Source of the DNA: an uncultured Bacteriovoracaceae bacterium
Lineage (GTDB): Bacteria > Bdellovibrionota > UBA2428
Length of the DNA stretch: 64,000 nt
Direction of reading: 5' to 3'
NCBI GenBank assembly: GCA_964538275.1
Contig: CAZIFW010000002.1
Coordinates: 5,052-69,051, forward strand
The notes under the pieces are model-generated. The model was not told the origin of the DNA. It saw only the letters and a program-made list of their open reading frames with translations, and made no database searches. The first letter of the stretch is position 1, and each line of letters opens with the position of its first letter. Below are positions 57,482 to 64,000 of the stretch, one piece after another. Position numbers and translations under genes: made by a program.

Positions 57482-57526
57482 CTTGAACAGATTCCCCCAA
57501 TTATTAGTTTAGGTTAGGTCATTCAA

Positions 57527-58333
57527 TTATGTAACAGGGAAAAGAAGTATCTGAAGTTTTTTGAGTGTCCAAACAACAATCGCGCCCAAAGCTAGGAATG
57601 GGCCAAAGGGGATTGCTGTTTTTAAATCGCCCTTTTCTTTGAGCATTACTATCAATCCCACAATGAGTCCGGTGATAGAAGCTGTCAAAACTAAGACAGG
57701 TAGTCCACTCACTCCAAGCCAAGTTCCCAGCCAGCCCATCATTTTTACATCGCCAAAACCAAGACCTTCAATGCCTTTAATCTTTTCGTAGAACCAACCA
57801 ATTGAAAAGAAAACTCCAAAACCAAAAAGTCCGCCCAACAAGGCATCTGTCAAAGGAGCGTCGAATTTGAGCCAGTTGAAAAGCACAAGTGCAGCTGCAA
57901 CTGCCCAGTTTCCTAAACTGAAGCGATCAGGAATAATTCTAAATTCCAAGTCGATGAATGTTAGAACAACGAGAGTCCAGAAAAAATAAAGATCAAAGAA
58001 AAAGTTTACATGTGTTTGTAAGTCCACGGCCGGAGTCCATGCGTAGATAAGCCCTACAAAAACAAAAGAACATGCAACTAAGAGTTCGATGAGAGGATAA
58101 ACTATTGAAATAGGTTTTTTACATTTTCGGCACTTGCCGCCTAAGAAGAGGTAGCTAAGGACGGGAATGTTGTCGTACCAAAAAATCTTCTTCTTACATT
58201 TTGTGCAAAAACTGCGAGATTTAACTCTCATTCCAAGTGGGATATCGCGAGGAATTCGATATGCGGCCATCGCGCCAAAGGATCCAAAAAGTAAACCAAA
58301 AATAAAAAGGAGAATGAGTATTTCAAGTGTCAT
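57527..58333 (-). CDS. pilD: Prepilin peptidase/N-methyltransferase
   Basis: GSF, RSFCTKC, NIPVLSY, GKCRKC, IDL..RIIPD, GFGDVKM, PFGPFL. Confidence 0.95.
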   Translation of the reverse strand: MTLEILILLFIFGLLFGSFGAMAAYRIPRDIPLGMRVKSRSFCTKCKKKIFWYDNIPVLSYLFLGGKCRKCKKPISIVYPLIELLVACSFVFVGLIYAWTPAVDLQTHVNFFFDLYFFWTLVVLTFIDLEFRIIPDRFSLGNWAVAAALVLFNWLKFDAPLTDALLGGLFGFGVFFSIGWFYEKIKGIEGLGFGDVKMMGWLGTWLGVSGLPVLVLTASITGLIVGLIVMLKEKGDLKTAIPFGPFLALGAIVVWTLKKLQILLFPVT

Positions 58334-58336
58334 AAT

Positions 58337-59107
58337 CTATAAATCCATCGTTTCCATTCTTGTTTTTGAGACAAACAAGAATATAAAGCTCCACGCAGCC
58401 GTGAGTCCAAGCATGACCAGTATCTGATCCCAACTAAAAGGATCTTGAAAGCCTACAAAGATTTTTATGTCCCACCATTCAAGTGGAGGTAGGAAATTTA
58501 AAACAAAAAGCACAACTTTATACAGAAGTTTAGTGACACCACTAAAGTTAGATTCCAAAACCAAAATTTCAAGATAACTCTTGCTGTGTAAGAGAGCTAC
58601 TACGGCAAGTACTGCAAACCAAGAAAGTAAGGGCTTGAGGTAAAGCGAAAAGAGAAGGGCAAGCGAGAGTATAACAAGACTTTCAGTGAAGAGAAGAAAT
58701 TGAGCTTGTAAGAGTATAGCGGGCGGAAAATTTCCAGCAGCACTCAAGGATCCTAGGCTTAAGAGTATTGTCCAAATACAAATTGAAATACCCAGCATAG
58801 CGCCAATTCCTAACCAATTTGCAATGATCCATTCACTTCTAGAAACTTTAAGAGTTAATACAAAAGAAAGTGTTTTGCGTTGAAGTTCTTCGTGAAACAG
58901 ATGTGACCCTAAATATGTCGAAAGTAAAACAGTTACGATGTAACAAAAGCTCAAACTTAAATCCCAGTAGATTTTATCGGGCCGCACATAAGATGAAAAA
59001 GCGAGGAAAAGTGCAAAAGGAAAAAACGCAGTGGCTGCAGCGACAATGCCCCAACCAAGTTTCTGTTTAAGAAGTAGCTTTAATCGAAAGAAAGCTAGAT
59101 TGATCAT
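58337..59107 (-). CDS. ABC transporter permease (PilI-like)
   Basis: About 6 TM; EELQRKTLSFVLT..VSR motif; start at ATG 59107 overlaps the ATPase stop. Confidence 0.8.
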   Translation of the reverse strand: MINLAFFRLKLLLKQKLGWGIVAAATAFFPFALFLAFSSYVRPDKIYWDLSLSFCYIVTVLLSTYLGSHLFHEELQRKTLSFVLTLKVSRSEWIIANWLGIGAMLGISICIWTILLSLGSLSAAGNFPPAILLQAQFLLFTESLVILSLALLFSLYLKPLLSWFAVLAVVALLHSKSYLEILVLESNFSGVTKLLYKVVLFVLNFLPPLEWWDIKIFVGFQDPFSWDQILVMLGLTAAWSFIFLFVSKTRMETMDL

Positions 59108-59799
59108 GTGAGCTGCTCTCTCCATTTATAGAGTTCGGGGAGAATTTTTTCTTTGGAGCCACTCTGAGCTAACTTTCCTTTATCGAGGACTAATACATGA
59201 TCAGCAAGAAATTCTACGTCACGCAGTGAGTGTGTAGAGATGAGCAAAGTCTTTTCAGCCTTGCGCCAATTGAGTAAAAAATGTCTAAGCCATTCTTGAG
59301 CGCGAAAATCTAAACCCGTCATAGGTTCATCAAGAATTAAAAAGCTTGGATTGCGAATGAGAAGACATGCGAGTCCGAGTCTTTGAGTCATGCCTTTGCT
59401 GAATTCTCCCACTCGACTTGTTGCGCGCTCGGAGAGTCCAACAGTTGTGAGAATTTCTTTAAGTTTTTCTCGAGGAGTATGATCTTCCACACAAAGAGAA
59501 AGTATTTCAAGTGGAGTCATCTCCGGCCAGAAGGCTACAAGTTCGGGCAAGAAGGCTACGCGGCTCTTGGCTTCAAGGCTTCCGGGGGCAGCTGTTTCGA
59601 AATAAGTGATTTTTCCTTCATTTGGAAAAATCAAGCCCATTAAGCATTTTAATAAAGTAGATTTTCCCGCGCCATTGGCTCCGACTAACGCGATGCTCTG
59701 TCCGGAAAATATTTCAAAACTCACATCTTCTAAAACCGGTTTAGAAAAAATTTTTGTGAGATTCTCAACTTTTAGAGAGCTCGAAGTTTTTGTAGACAT
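59104..59799 (-). CDS. ABC transporter ATPase (PilH-like)
   Basis: [32 protein letters not shown]. Confidence 0.92.
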   Translation of the reverse strand: MSTKTSSSLKVENLTKIFSKPVLEDVSFEIFSGQSIALVGANGAGKSTLLKCLMGLIFPNEGKITYFETAAPGSLEAKSRVAFLPELVAFWPEMTPLEILSLCVEDHTPREKLKEILTTVGLSERATSRVGEFSKGMTQRLGLACLLIRNPSFLILDEPMTGLDFRAQEWLRHFLLNWRKAEKTLLISTHSLRDVEFLADHVLVLDKGKLAQSGSKEKILPELYKWREQLT

Positions 59800-59868
59800 T
59801 TTTATTTAGTGTAGGGCGCTTATTAAAATTCGTTAAATTTATTAGTGTATTGGAATTGCGCAGCGCAA

Positions 59869-59884
59869 TGGCACTGAATTTGCT
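59869..59884 (+). promoter_or_regulatory. Consensus sigma54 promoter upstream of recA
   Basis: TGGCAC-TGAAT-TTGCT, an exact match to TGGCAC-N5-TTGCW, 55 bp before the ATG. Confidence 0.75.
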
Positions 59885-59939
59885 GGACACAAATATGGCC
59901 CTGACTCAAAGTTATGAACCAGGCCAAGAAGGAGTACGA

Positions 59940-61094
59940 ATGAACAAAGTACAAGAAACCCAAACAACAACGAATTCAAAGCAAACGGAAAAGCAAAAAG
60001 CACTTGAGCTAGCGCTTTCCACCATTCAAAAACAATTCGGAAAAGGTGCGATCATGCGTCTTGGTGCCGACTCTCTGGCTTTATCTGAGGGGATTCCTGT
60101 ATTTTCTACAGGCTCTGTAGGATTGGATATCGCTTTAGGTATTGGCGGTCTTCCTAAGGGGAGAATTATCGAAGTTTTTGGTCCTGAATCTTCTGGTAAG
60201 ACAACACTCTTTCTTCAAGCAGCAGCTGAGTGTCAAAAACGCGGAGGCACGGTGGCGTTCATCGATGCTGAGCATGCATTGGATGTACAGTATGCAAGAA
60301 AACTTGGGCTTAAAGTAGAAGATGTTATTATTTCTCAGCCGGACACTGGCGAACAAGCGCTCGAGATTACAGACATGCTTGTGCGTTCCGGTAGCGTAGA
60401 TTTTATTATCGTAGACTCAGTAGCCGCTCTTGTTCCTCGCGCGGAAATCGAAGGCGAAATGGGAGACTCTCACATGGGTCTTCAAGCGCGTTTGATGAGC
60501 CAAGCTTTAAGAAAGCTCACAGGTTCTATTAACCGCAGTCATTGCACAGTGGGATTCATCAACCAATTGCGTATGAAAATTGGTGTTATGTTTGGAAACC
60601 CTGAAACAACTACGGGCGGAAACGCACTTAAGTTTTATGCTTCTATTCGTCTAGATATTCGCCGTATTTCTGCACTTAAAGAAGGTGAAGAAGTTACGGG
60701 TTCACGCGTACGTGTGAAAGTTGTTAAGAACAAACTCGCAGCTCCGTTCAAGCAAGCTGAGTTTGACGTAGATCATGGTCAGGGCGTGAACAGATGGGGT
60801 GAAATTCTAGACCTCGCAACGGCTAAAAACATCATTGATAAGAGTGGGTCTTGGTACAGCTACAAAGGTGAGCGCATGGGCCAAGGTCGCGATCAGTCTG
60901 TGACTTACTTAAAAGAAAATGCTCCTTTAATGGAAGAGCTCACAAAACTTGTTTTCGAAGCACATGGACTTAAAGTCCCTGCTGGTTCTATAAAAGGACC
61001 TGTTGCGGCGGAAGCAGAAGAAGCTCCTGCTAAAGAGAAAGAAAAAGAAGCGGTAAAAGGCTCGGCTCTTAAGAGTAAGGCTGGAAACGCATAA
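59940..61094 (+). CDS. recA: Recombinase RecA
   Basis: [61 protein letters not shown] supports ATG 59940. Confidence 0.99.
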   Translation: MNKVQETQTTTNSKQTEKQKALELALSTIQKQFGKGAIMRLGADSLALSEGIPVFSTGSVGLDIALGIGGLPKGRIIEVFGPESSGKTTLFLQAAAECQKRGGTVAFIDAEHALDVQYARKLGLKVEDVIISQPDTGEQALEITDMLVRSGSVDFIIVDSVAALVPRAEIEGEMGDSHMGLQARLMSQALRKLTGSINRSHCTVGFINQLRMKIGVMFGNPETTTGGNALKFYASIRLDIRRISALKEGEEVTGSRVRVKVVKNKLAAPFKQAEFDVDHGQGVNRWGEILDLATAKNIIDKSGSWYSYKGERMGQGRDQSVTYLKENAPLMEELTKLVFEAHGLKVPAGSIKGPVAAEAEEAPAKEKEKEAVKGSALKSKAGNA

Positions 61095-61108
61095 TTTAAG
61101 GAGTTGAA

Positions 61109-61768
61109 GTGGATTTATTGGGCGGTGAATTTTTAAGAAAGTTACTTCTTATGGGCCCGCCCTTTATTCTAAGCTTGAGCGTTCACGAATGGGCGCATGC
61201 TTGGAGTGCAAATAAACTCGGAGATCCCACGGCTAAGAATATGGGGCGTATGACCCTAGATCCTATGGCCCATATTAGCTGGATTGGGACAGTACTAATT
61301 CCTGCAATTTCGATCGCAATTGGGGGTTTTTTCTTTGGTTGGGCTAAGCCCGTACCCGTAGATACTCGTTATTTTAAAAAGCCTCGTGCTGGAATGGCCT
61401 ATGTGGCCGCTGCCGGACCTATTTCAAATATCGTTTTAGCTTTTATTTTGAGTGTAGTGATTGGGTTACTTTATAACGGCAATTACTCCCTTGAAGGAGC
61501 AAGCGCTTTCAAGCAATCCGGAATGATGATGCTGCAATTCGCAGTACAAATTAACGTGGCGTTGGCTGTGTTTAATATGGTTCCTCTGCCTCCATTGGAT
61601 GGGTCTCGTATTTTACAGGGATTGGTACCTCGTGAAATGGCCAATAAAATTGATCAGGCCGCACCCATGATGGAAATGCTCTTATTTGTGCTCATTTTTA
61701 CAGGTATTTTTAGGTTTTTAATGATCCCTATGGGTATTTTGATGAACCTCTATCAGCGACTTTGGTAA
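61109..61768 (+). CDS. Site-2 protease (M50)
   Basis: HEWAH, GWAKPVPV, AAGPISN, FNMVPLPPLDG. Confidence 0.93.
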   Translation: MDLLGGEFLRKLLLMGPPFILSLSVHEWAHAWSANKLGDPTAKNMGRMTLDPMAHISWIGTVLIPAISIAIGGFFFGWAKPVPVDTRYFKKPRAGMAYVAAAGPISNIVLAFILSVVIGLLYNGNYSLEGASAFKQSGMMMLQFAVQINVALAVFNMVPLPPLDGSRILQGLVPREMANKIDQAAPMMEMLLFVLIFTGIFRFLMIPMGILMNLYQRLW

Positions 61769-61816
61769 TAAAGTTTTTTAGATTTCGACATTTTGGGCTT
61801 CTGAAATAGTCTCAAT

Positions 61817-62611
61817 GTGCTAAATTTTTTAGTTATGGATCGACATGCTGTGGTTTTAGATTGTCGGGTGCAAATCCCGCACTTTGAGGGGCCTTTGGAC
61901 CTGCTCTTGCACCTCATAAAATCGCATGAGTTTGATATCCGCACCCTTTCTATTTCTCAAATCACTAAACAATACCTTTTGTATTTGGATTACATGCGTG
62001 AGCTCAATTTGGATATGGCCAGTGAATATCTCGTCATGGCCGCAACTCTTACGCACCTAAAAAGCCAAGTCATTCTTCCTCAGGATCTTGTGGCAGGTGA
62101 AATGGGCGCTGATCCTCGTGCTCAATTGATCCGAAAACTGCTTGAATTAAAATGTTACAAAGAACTCGCAAGCTCTCTTGAAAGCAGACCTCGTTTAGGT
62201 CGCGATGTGTTTTTGTCTAAGAACACAGGGCTTGAAGAGATTGAAGATACACTTGAACCCGAAGTTTCTCTCACCAACCCATTCCAACTGATTGAAGCTT
62301 ACAAGTTTATGATCAAACGTCGTGATGGGGTGGTTCATAAAGTTTTTGAAGATTCCATACCTGTAAGTTCTTGCTTAAAGAATATTGTAGAAAGACTTAA
62401 AACGGAGGAAGAGATTCCTTTTGCAACTTTATTGCCAAATCCGTCTAAGACCACACATATGATTTCAAACTTCTTGGCCACTTTGGAATTGGCAAAAATT
62501 CAAATCAGTGGATTTAGACAAGATGAGACCTTTGGGCCAATCACTATTTACAGAAAGAAAAGCATTGAAGAACTCAATGGCTTAGACAAGCTAGACTTGA
62601 GTTGGGCGTAG
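61817..62611 (+). CDS. scpA: Segregation and condensation protein A
   Basis: FEGPLDLLLHLI, ASEYLVMAATL..LKS, FLATLEL. Confidence 0.94.
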   Translation: MLNFLVMDRHAVVLDCRVQIPHFEGPLDLLLHLIKSHEFDIRTLSISQITKQYLLYLDYMRELNLDMASEYLVMAATLTHLKSQVILPQDLVAGEMGADPRAQLIRKLLELKCYKELASSLESRPRLGRDVFLSKNTGLEEIEDTLEPEVSLTNPFQLIEAYKFMIKRRDGVVHKVFEDSIPVSSCLKNIVERLKTEEEIPFATLLPNPSKTTHMISNFLATLELAKIQISGFRQDETFGPITIYRKKSIEELNGLDKLDLSWA

Positions 62612-62613
62612 TC

Positions 62614-63522
62614 ATGAAGAAAAAGAAAAACAAAAAAGAAACCATTGAAGAAGCCGTTCTTGTAGAAGAGCAAGTATCAGAAGAAGTTCTGGTTGAAAGT
62701 TCTGAGACAATTGAAGAGTCTGTAACTCTTGAGTTAAGCGCAGAAGAAAACGCTGCTGATCAAGAAGTAGAAGCTACTGAGGCTGAGGAAGCTCCATCCG
62801 TTGAGGCTTCTGGAAAAACACTTATTACTGATATTAACGAAATTGAAAGTGCTGTTTTAGCACTTATATTTGCAAGCCCAGTTGCATTGAGTACTAAAAA
62901 GCTTAAAAACTTACTCTTTCACGGTGGCTATGACACTGCTCAGTTAGATTTAGTTTTCGAATCACTCTCGCAGTCTTTTGAGGAAAAAGGTATTCAGCTT
63001 GCAAAAGTTGCTGGCGGCTATCAGCTCAGAAGTAATCCAAAATACGCAGAGATTGTTCAAAAACTAGTTGAAGAAAAACCACAACGACTTTCTAAGTCTG
63101 CACTCGAAGTGTTGGCTATTGTTGCTTACAAGCAACCTATTATCCGCGCCGATATTGACCACGTGAGAGGCACAGACTCAGGCCACTTACTAAAGAGCCT
63201 TTTAGAGAAAAACTTGGTGCGAACTGAGGGACACAAAGAAAGTGCAGGCCGCCCATTACTGTACGGAACCACTCCTTATTTCTTAGAAGTATTCACTTTG
63301 AGTTCTTTGGATGATCTTCCTGCGATTGAAGACTTTGAGCGCGAGCTTAAAGATGTAGATACCGAAGCAGGAGAGGGTGGGCTTGTTATGAATGCAGATC
63401 CACTCTTTGGATCTTTGGACGCAAATGCTGATCGAGGAGATTATGATGCACCTGCTGAAGATCAAGTAGAAGCTCCTGACTTTGGCGAAGCTGAGCGCGC
63501 TTTAGAAGAAACGACACATTAA
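62614..63522 (+). CDS. scpB: Segregation and condensation protein B with acidic extensions
   Basis: VAGGYQLR, LSKSALEVLAIVAYKQPI.RADI..VRG, GRPLLYGTT..FL. Confidence 0.94.
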   Translation: MKKKKNKKETIEEAVLVEEQVSEEVLVESSETIEESVTLELSAEENAADQEVEATEAEEAPSVEASGKTLITDINEIESAVLALIFASPVALSTKKLKNLLFHGGYDTAQLDLVFESLSQSFEEKGIQLAKVAGGYQLRSNPKYAEIVQKLVEEKPQRLSKSALEVLAIVAYKQPIIRADIDHVRGTDSGHLLKSLLEKNLVRTEGHKESAGRPLLYGTTPYFLEVFTLSSLDDLPAIEDFERELKDVDTEAGEGGLVMNADPLFGSLDANADRGDYDAPAEDQVEAPDFGEAERALEETTH

Positions 63523-63543
63523 TTGCCTGAAATTTTATAAGTT

Positions 63544-64000
63544 ATGCAACATTTTGTGCTTAAGCTTGGGACTCGAGTTGTAAGTGACGAAAATGGATCT
63601 ATTGCAACTGAACGCCTAAATTCAATAGTCTCTTCTTGTGCCAAGCTTTGGAAAGAGAAAAAACGCTTTGCCATAGTGTCTTCGGGTGCAATTGGCTTAG
63701 GGCGAAGTGTATTGGGTCTTAAAAAAAGCTTGGAGCTATCAGATAAACAGGCCAGCGCAGCTGTGGGACAAGGTTTACTTATGCGCTACTACTTTGATGC
63801 ATTTGCTGCGCATGAAATTGTAGTGGCTCAAGTTTTAGTTACAGCAGAAGATTTTTCTAAAAGAGAAAATTTTCAAAATTTGAAACGAACACTCGAACGC
63901 TTGTTTGAGTTGAATGTCATTCCAATTTTGAACGAAAATGACTGCATAGCGACGAAAGAGATTGATGATCTTTCTAAAAAGAAGAGTTTTGGAGACAATG
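63544..64000 (+). CDS. proB: Glutamate 5-kinase, 3'-truncated by the window edge
   Basis: Not in the ORF track: MQHFVLKLGT, IVSSGAIGLG, ASAAVGQG, AQVLVT, IPILNEND, SFGDN. Confidence 0.93.
   Translation, partial: MQHFVLKLGTRVVSDENGSIATERLNSIVSSCAKLWKEKKRFAIVSSGAIGLGRSVLGLKKSLELSDKQASAAVGQGLLMRYYFDAFAAHEIVVAQVLVTAEDFSKRENFQNLKRTLERLFELNVIPILNENDCIATKEIDDLSKKKSFGDN

Noticed and set aside
59850-59939. 30-aa N-terminal extension of RecA
   Set aside because: Covers the promoter region; the AAGGAG RBS precedes ATG 59940.
235-63465. Numerous 60-150-aa ORFs antisense to or overlapping well-supported genes (e.g. 4202-4648, 35041-35385, 42717-43121)
   Set aside because: Shadow ORFs without RBS, motifs or homology cues.

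Overview
Chromosomal window from a low-GC bacterium. The gene content (myxobacteria-type pilMNOPQ/pilD/ABC cluster, RCC1-repeat lipoprotein, paired ArsA ATPases, PhaR-like regulator, many secreted hydrolases) suggests a Bdellovibrionota/Oligoflexia-like predator; this is an inference. Core genes: hutU/hutI/hutH, ltaE, rpe-dcd-prmA, epmA, ihfA, csrA, glpK, ftsW-murG-murC-murB, gmhA, pcrA, pfkA, lpoB, gshA, type IV pilus genes, recA, scpAB, and a partial proB. I saw no rRNA, tRNA, CRISPR array, transposase or integrase. Best leads: (1) a ~100-nt GC-rich structured RNA candidate at 37989-38097 with its own promoter, two mutually exclusive folds and an exposed anti-SD-like loop; (2) a secreted 6-Cys domain family (4923-5471 and 48749-49039) whose two distant genes share a 14-bp upstream motif; (3) a shared C-terminal [SN]-C-x3-L tail on three unrelated secreted proteins, a possible sorting signal; (4) a likely lipid-carrier glycosylation system (truncated Leg-type sugar pathway + GT2 + DUF2304 + GT-C-like protein) directly after murB; (5) a consensus sigma54 promoter in front of recA; (6) a family of AAAAGGT REP/MITE-like intergenic elements. 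One ORF-track entry (48560..49039) is labelled minus but reads on the plus strand. All calls are by eye from motifs; no database searches were run.
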